From a virus (taxonomy: Duplodnaviria; Caudoviricetes): a stretch of 64,000 bases of DNA. The stretch covers positions 115,986-179,985 of the IMG/VR virus record IMGVR_UViG_3300030330_006573. One strand, written 5' to 3'. The position numbers and the translations under genes were made by a program. This document shows positions 11,279 to 21,170 of the stretch, piece by piece. How positions within the stretch are numbered: position 1 is the stretch's first letter; every line of letters begins with the position of its first letter. Below the pieces are notes generated by a model that made no database searches, had not been told where the DNA came from, and was given only the letters and a program-made list of their open reading frames with translations.

Positions 11279-12305
11279 CTCAAAAATAGAGGAAGTATTG
11301 ACTTCTCTTGGTTATAAATTAACTGACAGAGGATCTTATTGGCAAACCTCTGCAATTTACAGAAACGGAGACAATAATACAGCCCTTCAAATTTATAAAG
11401 ATACTGGGGTATGGAAAGATTATGTTGAGCAGACTCCTTATATGACCTTCGAAAAGCTTTTAAAAGTTACCTTAAAAACTAACGACGAGGAAGTCATAGG
11501 AAATTATATTAAAGAGGAAGATCCTTTTGAGTTTACAAATTTAAAATCTACAGAGAAGATAACTATGGAAAAAACATACCCAGAAAGCTGCTTAGATAGA
11601 CTTCTACCTCACTACAAGTTCTATAACGATAGAAACATCAGCTCATCAACTTTGAAGCTTTTTAAAGGCGGCTATGCAACCGAAGGCAAAATGCTAAAAA
11701 GATTTGTCTTTCCAATATATAACTTAGACGACAAAATTCATGGATTTTCTGGTAGAGATATGACAAATTCGTCACAAAGGCCGAAATGGAAGCATATTGG
11801 AATAAAATCAAAATGGATTTATCCTCATAAATTATCTAGAGAAAGCATAGACAGCGAAGGCGAAGTTTTTTTAGTAGAGAGTATAGGAGATGTGTTAAGT
11901 TTATTTGAAAATAATCATAGAAATGTCTTATGTACTTTTGGTCTTGAGATTTCTCCATCTTTAATTTCTTATATCGTAGGCTTAAACCCAAGTAAAATTT
12001 ATATTTCGTTTAACAATGATTCAAAATCAGAAAATAATGCTGGATTAATTTCAGCCTTAAAGAATTTTATAAAACTTCAATCTTTTTTTGATAATGAAAA
12101 AATATTTATACATCTTCCTACTAAAAATGATTTTGGAGAAATGAATTTTGATGATATTTCAGACTGGCATAAAAACCGTTTAAATATAGAAAAAAATCAT
12201 CACGACTTTACTATAATTAATAATATTTCAAAAATACTGGAAAAGAAATCTTACCCAGAAGTTTTTTTGAAAAAATTTAAAAAATTTAAAAAAAATCATG
12301 GGTGA
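11271..12305 (+). CDS. DnaG-like Toprim primase (start probably ATG 11271)
   Basis: RFVFPI...GFSGR...KW, FLVESIGD, Toprim FNND and NDFGE; follows dnaB. Confidence 0.85.
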   Translation: MNSSKIEEVLTSLGYKLTDRGSYWQTSAIYRNGDNNTALQIYKDTGVWKDYVEQTPYMTFEKLLKVTLKTNDEEVIGNYIKEEDPFEFTNLKSTEKITMEKTYPESCLDRLLPHYKFYNDRNISSSTLKLFKGGYATEGKMLKRFVFPIYNLDDKIHGFSGRDMTNSSQRPKWKHIGIKSKWIYPHKLSRESIDSEGEVFLVESIGDVLSLFENNHRNVLCTFGLEISPSLISYIVGLNPSKIYISFNNDSKSENNAGLISALKNFIKLQSFFDNEKIFIHLPTKNDFGEMNFDDISDWHKNRLNIEKNHHDFTIINNISKILEKKSYPEVFLKKFKKFKKNHG

Positions 12306-13365
12306 CATATTTCTTTCAGCTAGCAAAATCAAACAAGCCCAAAGCTGTAGCTGGAAGTATTGGTGCTCTTATGAGCTAAAACTTCCCCAAAAAGGTAACG
12401 ACGGATCAAGTAGAGGTTCGGTATGCCACTTAGTATACGAATTACTTGGCAAAGATAGGCATAGAAAGCATTATAATAAAATTATCACTAGTGGCACTAT
12501 ACATGGCTCTAGGGCTGTTTTAAAGCTAGTTGAACATCATGCATCAAAACTAAACGTTTCTGATGAAGAAAACATGGAAATGATCGATATGATGATAGTT
12601 CAAGGTCTACTATATGATTTTTTTGGAGATTCAAAAGAAAAACCTAGCGATGATATTTCAGAAAAAGAATTTAATTTAAAAATTGACGAAGAAGGTAAAA
12701 AATATAATATAAGAGGTTTTATAGATAAATTATTTTTATACTCTAAAAATAAAAAAGCATTAATTAGAGATTTTAAAACAAGCAAGCAAGTATATAAAGG
12801 CAAAGAAATATCTGACAATTTGCAAAATTTAATGTATTGCTTGGCAGTAAAGAAACTCTACCCAAAGTATTCTGATATATTAGTTGAGTTTGTTTTTGTT
12901 AAATTTGACCTTGAAGAAGACCTTTTAGGAAATCCTGGAGAAGGAGTTCTAAAAATGGAAAAAATTTCCGACAATGAGCTAGAGGGGTTCGAATACCAAT
13001 TAAGTTCCATTCAAAACTATTTAGAAAACTTTGATGAAGAAGAAGCTATTTCTAATTTCGCAGCAAATCAAGATTATCCTAAGGATGGTACATTCGGCGG
13101 CCCCCTTATGTGTGGCAAACAAGGCTACAAAAAGTCAAGAGGCAAGCATATAAAAGATTCTAAAGGTAATTTAATACCTAACTACATATGTGAATATAGA
13201 AATTCTTTTGATTATTATGCTATGTATGACGATAAAGGAAAACTTGTAAAATGTTATTATTCCGAAGAAGATGCTCCTGATTTAAAGGATGGATTTAAAT
13301 TAGAAAAAAAATCCTACGAGGGATGTCCACACTTTCAACAAAAAGAAAACGCTTTTTTAGTGTAA
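12298..13365 (+). CDS. PD-(D/E)XK RecB/AddB-like exonuclease
   Basis: LSASKI..C, GSVCH, RGFIDKL...IRDFKTS, Q..MY. Confidence 0.85.
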   Translation: MGDIFLSASKIKQAQSCSWKYWCSYELKLPQKGNDGSSRGSVCHLVYELLGKDRHRKHYNKIITSGTIHGSRAVLKLVEHHASKLNVSDEENMEMIDMMIVQGLLYDFFGDSKEKPSDDISEKEFNLKIDEEGKKYNIRGFIDKLFLYSKNKKALIRDFKTSKQVYKGKEISDNLQNLMYCLAVKKLYPKYSDILVEFVFVKFDLEEDLLGNPGEGVLKMEKISDNELEGFEYQLSSIQNYLENFDEEEAISNFAANQDYPKDGTFGGPLMCGKQGYKKSRGKHIKDSKGNLIPNYICEYRNSFDYYAMYDDKGKLVKCYYSEEDAPDLKDGFKLEKKSYEGCPHFQQKENAFLV

Positions 13366-13374
13366 TACATAAAT

Positions 13375-13494
13375 ATGTCAGTCCACAAAAAAAATGATCC
13401 CGCTTCAGGAAAACCTAAATTATTTTTTATTAAAGGTAATTTACTTTTAAAAAAAACAGTTAATAATATTAGATTTTTTACGAAAGAAAATTAA
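13375..13494 (+). CDS. Small basic ORF, 39 aa (MSVHKKNDPASGKPKLFF...), not in the ORF track
   Basis: ATG 9 nt after GTGTAA (13360); fills the gap. Confidence 0.45.
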   Translation: MSVHKKNDPASGKPKLFFIKGNLLLKKTVNNIRFFTKEN

Positions 13495-14618
13495 ATATTT
13501 CCGAATTTTCCTCCACCACATGTTGTCTTCCTTGTATCTCTTGGAAGATTTCTAACTCCACAGTTTGGCAAATTCATACCCCTTCTCTTTGTAGGAGTTG
13601 TTCCTCTTGTAGTATTAGTTTTGTTTTTCGGAAAGCTTTTATAATTAACTGGGACATTAGCTTCAAATGATGTATTTGAATCATTATCATTAGTTGGAAC
13701 ATATGTTCCATCTTCGTTTTTAACATAAATAACAGAGTTTCTATGATCATTCCTTGGAACCCTTGGCTCCCCTATGCAAATTGCAGGAGTAGGTTTCTTG
13801 CCCATGTTTTTTGTATGGTAATTTTTGGGTGGTGCTATTGCTGCAACTACAGGATTTGTATTAGCACTTTCTTCAAATGGGTATGTATAATAAATTCCTT
13901 TTGTTCTACATCCTTCTATCGTAAACCTAAATCCACTTTTAGGCACAATATATCCAGTCCTATTAAACAGATAATAATCTACATTATTAAATTCATTTCC
14001 ATCTTCATCTATAGTGCTTACTCCAAAATCAAATAACATATTATTTTCGAATTTGTCTATTCTACTATCATATCCAGATCTTCCAGATAGATAATCTGCA
14101 ACACCAGAATCTAAAGTTATCACAAAGGCTCCAGTGTTATCTGGCTGTATAGTTATAGGCAAGTAACAATCTGGATTATCTGTAATATACATTGATGTAA
14201 AATCTTTTCCAGATCCAATTATAAGACCATTTTCATTTAACTCTTGAGCTTGAGATGCTCCAGTTATTTCTCTATACATTCTTTCTTCTGGTAGATATTC
14301 TCCAGTGTCATATGAATTAACAACTTCGTATTCTACAGAAACAATGTGTCCAGTTTCTGGAGTTCCCTCTGGGTTATATGCAAAACCAGATTCATATTCT
14401 GATGGAACTGCATCTGTTCTTATTACAAAATCCACCTCTACAGCAGCTAAATTCCAAAAATTATTAACAGCGACTTCTCTATTTAAAGTCCCAGTAGTTA
14501 TTCCACTTTCTTGAGCAAGAAATGCTGGTTTTTCAGATAGGTTAAAAGGAAATCCATTCAGAGCCCCTATAGTTGAAAACTTATCTGCATCGTAATAGTA
14601 TTCTTCTGCGTATGCCAT
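13491..14618 (-). CDS. Hypothetical protein, possibly structural
   Basis: 375-aa ORF, acidic/aromatic N-part and basic tail; GTGTAA motif 10 nt upstream. Confidence 0.7.
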   Translation of the reverse strand: MAYAEEYYYDADKFSTIGALNGFPFNLSEKPAFLAQESGITTGTLNREVAVNNFWNLAAVEVDFVIRTDAVPSEYESGFAYNPEGTPETGHIVSVEYEVVNSYDTGEYLPEERMYREITGASQAQELNENGLIIGSGKDFTSMYITDNPDCYLPITIQPDNTGAFVITLDSGVADYLSGRSGYDSRIDKFENNMLFDFGVSTIDEDGNEFNNVDYYLFNRTGYIVPKSGFRFTIEGCRTKGIYYTYPFEESANTNPVVAAIAPPKNYHTKNMGKKPTPAICIGEPRVPRNDHRNSVIYVKNEDGTYVPTNDNDSNTSFEANVPVNYKSFPKNKTNTTRGTTPTKRRGMNLPNCGVRNLPRDTRKTTCGGGKFGNI

Positions 14619-14662
14619 GTAAAATATATTACACTTAAAAAATATTAGTGTATATATTATAT
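14619..14662. promoter_or_regulatory. Back-to-back divergent GTGTA(A/T) motifs
   Basis: TTACAC 14629-34 (minus-strand GTGTAA) and GTGTAT 14648-53, 10 and 9 nt from their ATGs. Confidence 0.6.
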
Positions 14663-16036
14663 ATGAAAGTTTTAAATATTCTATTGCTTATATCCGCCCT
14701 AGGGCTTTCCTCAGTTGCTGCTTTCTTCAGTATTATCGGCATATCTATAATGTTTCCAGGTGCAGTTATGTCTGTTGTTGTTATGGCTGTTGCTCTTGAG
14801 GTTGCGAAAATAATTAGTGCAGTTTGGACTCATAAAAACTGGCATAATGTTTCTCTTTTTTCAAAGAGTTATTTATCTTTTGCCATAATAGTCTTAATGC
14901 TTATTACCAGCATGGGTATATTTGGCTTTTTGAGCAAGGCTCACATCGAACATCAAAGTGTTTCTGAATCAAATCAAATGCAGATGTCTCAAATAGAGTC
15001 AAAGATTCAAAGAGAAGAAGAGTCGATATCTAGAAATAATGATCTTATCGCAAAAATCGAAGAATCTTTTGCATCTAAAGAAGACAAGGATCAAGACAAT
15101 ATAAAATTAAATAATGAAAAAATAAGCTCTATCTACGATAGAATGGAGAAAGATATTAAGATAGACAATGAAGGAATTTCTTCCTTGAAGTCGAGGCTTT
15201 CAGAGCTAGACTCTCAACTTAATGCCGTTAGAGCTGAAAAGGGAGGTCTTTTTTCAAATGTTGGAAAAAAAATAAAAGATTTAGAGATTTCCCAATCTGA
15301 TGAGCGGAACAGTATACAGGAAAAAATTGATGCTTATACTGAAAATATATCTTATCTTAGGAAAAAAGCAGAGGGCGAAGTCGATTCTTTAAGAAGTCAA
15401 ATTGAAAATTATCAAAACAAAGAATACAATGAAAGCGGATCTAATCTCGAAGAAATTGAAGGCTATAAACGTTTAATTTCTGCTTCTTATGAAAATATAG
15501 ATCAATTAAATTTAAAAAAGTTTGATCTATCCAATCAAAATCTAAGCCTTGAAACTGAAGTTGGACCTGTAAAGTATGTAGCAGAACTCATAGCAGATAC
15601 AACTGGTTCAGAGGTTGATCTTTCAGATGCAGTAAGAATTATCATTATAGTTATAATTTTTGTATTTGATCCTTTGGCGATCATGATGATAGTTTGTGCT
15701 ACATCTGGATTTTTCACTTCTCCTGTTGTAAAAAAAAAGATAGACCCTCCCTCTGACCCAGAGCCCGAACCAGAGCCTGAGCCCGAACCAGAGCCTGAGC
15801 CCGAACCAGAGCCTGAGCCCGAACCAGAGCCTGAGCCAGAGGCCAAAAAGCAAGAAACTCCTCCCCCACCTCCGCCTCCGTATAATAGAGAGGGCAATCC
15901 ACCAAAAGAAAAAGCTAAAAATGTAGTTAATATTGTAAAATCTACTCCTATTATTCATCAAAAACCAAAAAAAGAGAGGCCCAAGCGAGATAAGTTGGGG
16001 AATGAGTACAAATACAGAAGACATATAATCACATAA
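14663..16036 (+). CDS. Multi-TM membrane protein with long coiled coil and (PE)n tail (start probably 14663)
   Basis: Three N-terminal TM helices, GIFGFLSKAH, coiled coil, GPVKYVAEL...FVFDPLA TM segment. Confidence 0.8.
   Translation: MKVLNILLLISALGLSSVAAFFSIIGISIMFPGAVMSVVVMAVALEVAKIISAVWTHKNWHNVSLFSKSYLSFAIIVLMLITSMGIFGFLSKAHIEHQSVSESNQMQMSQIESKIQREEESISRNNDLIAKIEESFASKEDKDQDNIKLNNEKISSIYDRMEKDIKIDNEGISSLKSRLSELDSQLNAVRAEKGGLFSNVGKKIKDLEISQSDERNSIQEKIDAYTENISYLRKKAEGEVDSLRSQIENYQNKEYNESGSNLEEIEGYKRLISASYENIDQLNLKKFDLSNQNLSLETEVGPVKYVAELIADTTGSEVDLSDAVRIIIIVIIFVFDPLAIMMIVCATSGFFTSPVVKKKIDPPSDPEPEPEPEPEPEPEPEPEPEPEPEPEPEAKKQETPPPPPPPYNREGNPPKEKAKNVVNIVKSTPIIHQKPKKERPKRDKLGNEYKYRRHIIT
15761..15832 (+). 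repeat. 4 x 18-bp perfect tandem repeat (GAGCCCGAACCAGAGCCT) encoding EPEPEP
   Basis: Read directly from the sequence. Confidence 0.95.
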
Positions 16037-16078
16037 ACTCACTTGAGTAAATGATACTTGGAGCATTATATTATATGA

Positions 16079-16849
16079 ATGCTTCCAATCTTTAAATCCG
16101 ACTTTTCTATAGGAAAAAGTATATTAACTCTAGATCTTCCCAAGCCAGAAGAGGATCTTGAATCTTCTGATAGTATATTCAGCATAGCTGTTGAGAACAA
16201 ACTCAGTAAGGTAGTATTAGTAGAAGACTCTTTAACTGGTTTTTTGGAGGCTTTTAAAAATTCTAAATCACTTGGAATAGAATTAATATTTGGACTTAGA
16301 ATAACCATTTGCAACGACTCTTCGATTGACCCCAAAACAGACAAAGGGGAGAGCGACAACAAAGTTATCATCTTTGCAAAAAATAATAAAGGTTGCAAAC
16401 TTCTTAACAAAATTTATAGTACAGCATTCACAAAGGGTAATGGGAGATTGGATTATGATGTATTATCTAAGTTATTTACTAGTGATTTAGATTTAGTCAT
16501 TCCCTTCTACGATTCTTTTATATTTAACAACACCCTCTTTTTTAAGAGCTGTATTCCAAATTTCTCTTTTTGCGACCCAAAGTTTTTAATAGAAAGGAAT
16601 AATTTACCCTTTGATTCTTTAATAGAGGAAAAGGTAAAATCTTATTGCGATAAAAATGATCTAAACTATATTGAAGGTAAAAGTATTTATTATAAAAATA
16701 GGGAAGATTTTCAATCCTATCAATCTTATAAATGTATATGTAGTAGAAGTTTTTCTTCTAGGTCAAGCACTTTAGATAAGCCGAACCTAGACCATTGTGC
16801 AAGTAGTGAATTTTCATTTGAAAGTTATTTAGAATCATGCGGTACTTAA
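16079..16849 (+). CDS. Stand-alone PHP domain of DNA polymerase III alpha (N-terminal part of a split DnaE)
   Basis: FKSDFSIGKSIL, GIELIFGLRI and IIFAKNNKGCKLLNKIYS match the DnaE PHP; the canonical metal-binding His motif is absent. Confidence 0.8.
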   Translation: MLPIFKSDFSIGKSILTLDLPKPEEDLESSDSIFSIAVENKLSKVVLVEDSLTGFLEAFKNSKSLGIELIFGLRITICNDSSIDPKTDKGESDNKVIIFAKNNKGCKLLNKIYSTAFTKGNGRLDYDVLSKLFTSDLDLVIPFYDSFIFNNTLFFKSCIPNFSFCDPKFLIERNNLPFDSLIEEKVKSYCDKNDLNYIEGKSIYYKNREDFQSYQSYKCICSRSFSSRSSTLDKPNLDHCASSEFSFESYLESCGT

Positions 16850-17814
16850 AATATTCAGATATAGATTTAGTTCCTAACTATAGCGAGCTTTACAGCAGGG
16901 TAGATGCTGACCCTAGTGTTAATTTCTTGGGTAAAAAGTTTATGCTACCAATTATTCCTGCCAATATGAAGTCGGTTATAGATATGCATCTCGCAAGGTG
17001 GATGAGCGAGAATGATTATTTTTATATCATGCATAGATTTGACAGTCATTTAGCTGATGATATAGGGCTAGCAAACTCCGAAGACTGGAAGACTATATCT
17101 TTTAGTGTGGGAGTAAAGATGCAAGATAAGATTCATGTTATGAATATTGGTAAAAGCTCTAATCTGAGAGTAGACTTTTTAACTATTGATATTGCCCATG
17201 GTCATTGCGACAGAATGAAGGCAATGATAGAACATATTAAAAAATGGCTACCCGAAACAAAAATTATTGCAGGTAATGTAGCAACAGATCAAGCAGTCAG
17301 AGATTTATCTGATTGGGGAGCAGATGCCGTAAAAGTCGGAATAGGTCAAGGCTCTCCATGCACGACTAAGTATAAGACTGGATTTACTATGCCCATGTTT
17401 AGTTGTGTCAAAAAATGCAGCAATCTAACTTCTGGGTCATGGGAAGACAATTCATCTGAAGAAATCCCTATTATTGCAGACGGAGGTATAAAACACAATG
17501 GCGATATAGCTAAAGCTCTTGTGGCTGGAGCTACTATGGTTATGGCTGGCGGAATGTTTGCGTCTTGTAGCGATAGTCCAGCAGCTTCTAGCAGTATAGG
17601 GGATGTGCATCATAAGGCTTATTTTGGCTCTGCTAGTGCAGAAAACAAAGGTCACAACAATAATATTGAGGGTAAGCTAACTAATATTCCCTGCAATAAC
17701 ATGACTGTTGGTCAAAAAATGATTGAAATAACACAAGACTTGCAAAGCTCAATATCTTATGCTGGAGGTAAAGATGTTGATTGTTTTAAAAATGTTGATT
17801 ATATTGAAGTATGA
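16837..17814 (+). CDS. guaC: GMP reductase
   Basis: PIIPANM, YIMHRF, IDIAHGH, IAGNVAT, KVGIGQGSPCTT, IIADGGI, YFGSAS, DLQSSISYAGG. Confidence 0.92.
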   Translation: MRYLKYSDIDLVPNYSELYSRVDADPSVNFLGKKFMLPIIPANMKSVIDMHLARWMSENDYFYIMHRFDSHLADDIGLANSEDWKTISFSVGVKMQDKIHVMNIGKSSNLRVDFLTIDIAHGHCDRMKAMIEHIKKWLPETKIIAGNVATDQAVRDLSDWGADAVKVGIGQGSPCTTKYKTGFTMPMFSCVKKCSNLTSGSWEDNSSEEIPIIADGGIKHNGDIAKALVAGATMVMAGGMFASCSDSPAASSSIGDVHHKAYFGSASAENKGHNNNIEGKLTNIPCNNMTVGQKMIEITQDLQSSISYAGGKDVDCFKNVDYIEV

Positions 17815-17981
17815 ACAAGAAAAAAATAGCACAAATCAAAAAAATTATAAACTACGACAGCTCAGTCCCAGAACACAAAAGACTTCTTAGAAGATTAAAA
17901 AAAGAGTATCAAAAACTTCCCAAAGGCTCTAAGGTTAACTTGCTCGAAGATTTAAGGAGGACTTTCAACAAGGATGAATGA
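17811..17981 (+). CDS. Small basic hypothetical protein, 56 aa, not in the ORF track
   Basis: ATGA overlap with guaC; MNKKKIAQIKKII...; overlaps the next start. Confidence 0.6.
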   Translation: MNKKKIAQIKKIINYDSSVPEHKRLLRRLKKEYQKLPKGSKVNLLEDLRRTFNKDE

Positions 17982-18615
17982 AGATCTCTTAAGATTTAAA
18001 AAGAAACAAAAATACCTAGTTTTTGACTTCGAGACATGCAATCTAAATTTAGAATCTCTAGACAATAAGCCTTGGCAATTAGGATTCATAACATGCCAAG
18101 GAACCACAATTCTAGATAAAAAAGATTTCTATATTTCTTGGGGCGATCTAAATATTTCAAAAGATGCAGCAAGAATAACTGGATTTTCTAAATCAAAGTA
18201 TAATAAAGGTAAAAAAGATGCTTCGCTAGTTCTCAAAGAATTTGAGAAATATCTTTATGATAGCAATTATCTCATCCTAGGTCATAATGTGCTTGGATTT
18301 GATGTTTATATTCACAATATTTACAGAAGGTTGTTGAAAAAAAACGCTGATTACAGTTATGTTAACAGAATAATAGATACTAATTGTATAGCTAGATCTA
18401 TAAAAAATAATATACCATTCCCTTCGGGTTCTAAATTAATTGATTGGCAATATAAGCTATTGCATCACCGCACTAGGGGTGTAAAAACAAATTTAAAACA
18501 ACTCTGCAAGGATTACGATATAGAGTTTGACGAATCAAAACTTCACGAAGCTTTATATGATGTAGAAAAAACCTTTGAGGTTTATAAAAAAATGTTATGG
18601 CAAGTAGAAATATAG
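17974..18615 (+). CDS. DEDDh 3'-5' exonuclease (DnaQ/epsilon-like)
   Basis: FDFET, GHNVLGFD, IIDT, HEALYDV. Confidence 0.9.
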   Translation: MNEDLLRFKKKQKYLVFDFETCNLNLESLDNKPWQLGFITCQGTTILDKKDFYISWGDLNISKDAARITGFSKSKYNKGKKDASLVLKEFEKYLYDSNYLILGHNVLGFDVYIHNIYRRLLKKNADYSYVNRIIDTNCIARSIKNNIPFPSGSKLIDWQYKLLHHRTRGVKTNLKQLCKDYDIEFDESKLHEALYDVEKTFEVYKKMLWQVEI

Positions 18616-21170
18616 AAAAACAATTCTTAGACCAATTCTCTAGCTATAAAGATTGCTGTCCTCCAGGAGTAAGGCTTCCTGACCTTAAAATTGAACAGAA
18701 GTATTATAAGAAACTAAAAATTTCTACTGATTCTTCTAACTTTGAATTTTTATCAAATCTATGCAGTTCATCAATAAAAGATAAGTCTATAGATAAATTT
18801 GAAAATTATTCCTTGTACAAAGAAAGATTAGAATATGAATTGTCTATTCTACAAGAGCTTGGTTTCATTGACTACATTTTATTAAATTGGGATGTAATAA
18901 ATTTTTGCAAGGAAAACTCAATACCCACTGGCCCAGGAAGAGGTTCTGCGGCAGGATCTTTAGTTCTTTATCTTATTGGAGTGACAAAAGTAGATCCTAT
19001 AAAATTTGACTTGTTCTTCGAAAGATTTGTTTCAAAAAGTAGAGCAAAAATAATTAAGAAAAATGGCATAAATTATTTAGATGGAAGTTTATTAGCTGAT
19101 GTAGATAATGATATTGCATATGAACATCGTCAAAAAGTCATAGAATATATTGAATCTAAGCATCCAGGCAGAACTTCAAAGATTTTAACTCTAAATACAT
19201 TGAGCGGGAAGCTTTGCATTAAAGAGTGCGGTAAGATTGCTGGAGAGATGTCTGAGCAAGATGTCAATGTGGTTAGTGACATGATTCCTAAAAATTTTGG
19301 TATAGTTGCAAAACTAAAAAATGCATACGAGGAAAGCAATGCATTTAAAGAGTTCTGTGATGACAATCCAAAGATATACAAAATAGCCAGAAAATTAGAA
19401 GGTTTAAAAAAGAATACTGGAGTTCATCCGTCTGGCATAGCTATATCTCATAGTAAAATTACAGATATATGCCCCATACAAAAGACCAATGATGGGTCTA
19501 TTGTTACTGGCTACGACATGAATTGGGTAGCGGAACTTATGGTAAAATTTGATATTCTTGGATTGCGCACGCTATCTGCCATTTACTCAACCTGTGATAG
19601 TATCAATTTAAATCCAGAAGATATTGATCTTTCTTGTAATACAATATACCATCACTTTAAAGACCTTAGAACTCCACATGGATTGTTTCAGATTGAAGCT
19701 GATGCAAATTATATGGTATGCAAAAAAATTAAACCTAAAAACCTTGAAGAATTAAGTGCCGTTATAGCTATAGCTAGGCCAGGAGCGCTAGATTTCCTTG
19801 AGCATTACGAAAGATATTCTGAAACTGGAAACTTTCAAAGTGTTAATCCTTTCTTTGATGATATACTTGACTATACTGGAGGAATACCTTTGTATCAAGA
19901 ACAGCTTATGAAGATGGCTGTTAAGGTTGGATTTACTTTAGACGAGTCTGAGCAATTAAGAAGGATTGTTGGAAAGAAAAAAATCGATCAAATGCCAGCT
20001 TGGAAAAAGAAGATTGAAGATAAAATCAAAGAAAGTAATTTACCTTCAGAGGTTGGAGATATATTATGGAAAGTCGCAGAAGACAGTGCAAATTACTCTT
20101 TCAATAAATCTCACTCAATATCTTACTCTATTCTTGCTGCATGGACTGCCTATTTAAAGTTCAATCACCCTCAAGAGTTCTTTCTTAGCTTGTTAAGAAT
20201 GACAAAGTACGAACCTTCTCCACAGGAAGAAATCAATAAAATATGTCAAGATTTACCTTATTTTAACATAAAATTGCTATCTCCAGATTTAGCTTTATCT
20301 AATATGGATTTCTCAATTAGCGATAAAGATATAAGATTTGGTCTCAATAGCATAAAAGGAATAAGCGAAAAATCATTAAGTGCATTAAAAGAATTTAGAG
20401 ACTCAGAAAAACCTAATAAATATGATATATTTTTATCTGCAAAATCTGCTGGCTTAAATATCGGTATTTTGTCTGCCCTCATTCAAGCTGGCGCACTTTC
20501 TAGTTATAAAACTAATAGACCAAGGCTTGTTTTAGAGGCTCAAGTTTTTAATTTGTTAACTGATAGAGAAAAAAGAAATTTCATTTTGCTTGGGGAGCGT
20601 TATAACTATGATATATTAAATGCTATACATGATGTTGTTACAAACAAAGTTGTTGGTGATGATAATAGATTAATTATGGCAGATAAAAGATTTAACACTT
20701 TAAAAAATAATTACTTGAATTACAAAAAAATATACGAGAAAAATAAGAGATACGAAGATTTTGCTAATTGGTATTTTGAGAAGTCCTTACTTGGATTTAG
20801 TTATAGTAAAGAATTAAGAGATTCTTTTGGCAATGGCAACGAAAACTTGCAAAACTCTCTTCACTTTGAATCTTGTGATCGCAATACTAAATCCAAATAT
20901 ATTGCAGTTGTAGATGATGTTTTTTGCAGAAAAAGTAAAAATGGAAATGACTACATGAAGCTTTCTGTAAGTGATGAGTATGGTAGATATAATGGAATCA
21001 TGGTAGACGGAAGAGATAAAAAGCTATCAAAATTTAAAAGAAAATCTAAAATTCCAGAAAAGAATAATATCGTTATTTTATTTGGCTCTAAAGGCGATGA
21101 CATTCTTTTTCTTGAAGACTTGTCTATTATTGATGAAAAGATTTATATGAAGTTATCTGATCTTAGATAG
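18597..21170 (+). CDS. dnaE: DNA polymerase III alpha, polymerase part lacking PHP
   Basis: GPGRGSAAGSLV, FERF, DVDND, GVHPSG, KFDILGL, LYQEQLM, YSFNKSH, IRFGL. Confidence 0.93.
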   Translation: MASRNIEKQFLDQFSSYKDCCPPGVRLPDLKIEQKYYKKLKISTDSSNFEFLSNLCSSSIKDKSIDKFENYSLYKERLEYELSILQELGFIDYILLNWDVINFCKENSIPTGPGRGSAAGSLVLYLIGVTKVDPIKFDLFFERFVSKSRAKIIKKNGINYLDGSLLADVDNDIAYEHRQKVIEYIESKHPGRTSKILTLNTLSGKLCIKECGKIAGEMSEQDVNVVSDMIPKNFGIVAKLKNAYEESNAFKEFCDDNPKIYKIARKLEGLKKNTGVHPSGIAISHSKITDICPIQKTNDGSIVTGYDMNWVAELMVKFDILGLRTLSAIYSTCDSINLNPEDIDLSCNTIYHHFKDLRTPHGLFQIEADANYMVCKKIKPKNLEELSAVIAIARPGALDFLEHYERYSETGNFQSVNPFFDDILDYTGGIPLYQEQLMKMAVKVGFTLDESEQLRRIVGKKKIDQMPAWKKKIEDKIKESNLPSEVGDILWKVAEDSANYSFNKSHSISYSILAAWTAYLKFNHPQEFFLSLLRMTKYEPSPQEEINKICQDLPYFNIKLLSPDLALSNMDFSISDKDIRFGLNSIKGISEKSLSALKEFRDSEKPNKYDIFLSAKSAGLNIGILSALIQAGALSSYKTNRPRLVLEAQVFNLLTDREKRNFILLGERYNYDILNAIHDVVTNKVVGDDNRLIMADKRFNTLKNNYLNYKKIYEKNKRYEDFANWYFEKSLLGFSYSKELRDSFGNGNENLQNSLHFESCDRNTKSKYIAVVDDVFCRKSKNGNDYMKLSVSDEYGRYNGIMVDGRDKKLSKFKRKSKIPEKNNIVILFGSKGDDILFLEDLSIIDEKIYMKLSDLR

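Noticed and set aside
12298-13365. Possible Cas4/CRISPR link
   Set aside because: No repeat-spacer array or other cas gene is visible; such nucleases are routine in phage replication modules.
15535-16066. Minus-strand GSGSGS, LRLWFG and AQALVR ORFs
   Set aside because: They are antisense readings of the 18-bp EP repeat.
16079-21170. Split intein in DnaE
   Set aside because: No intein N-block at the end of the PHP gene and no HN-(C/S/T) junction at the start of the polymerase gene.
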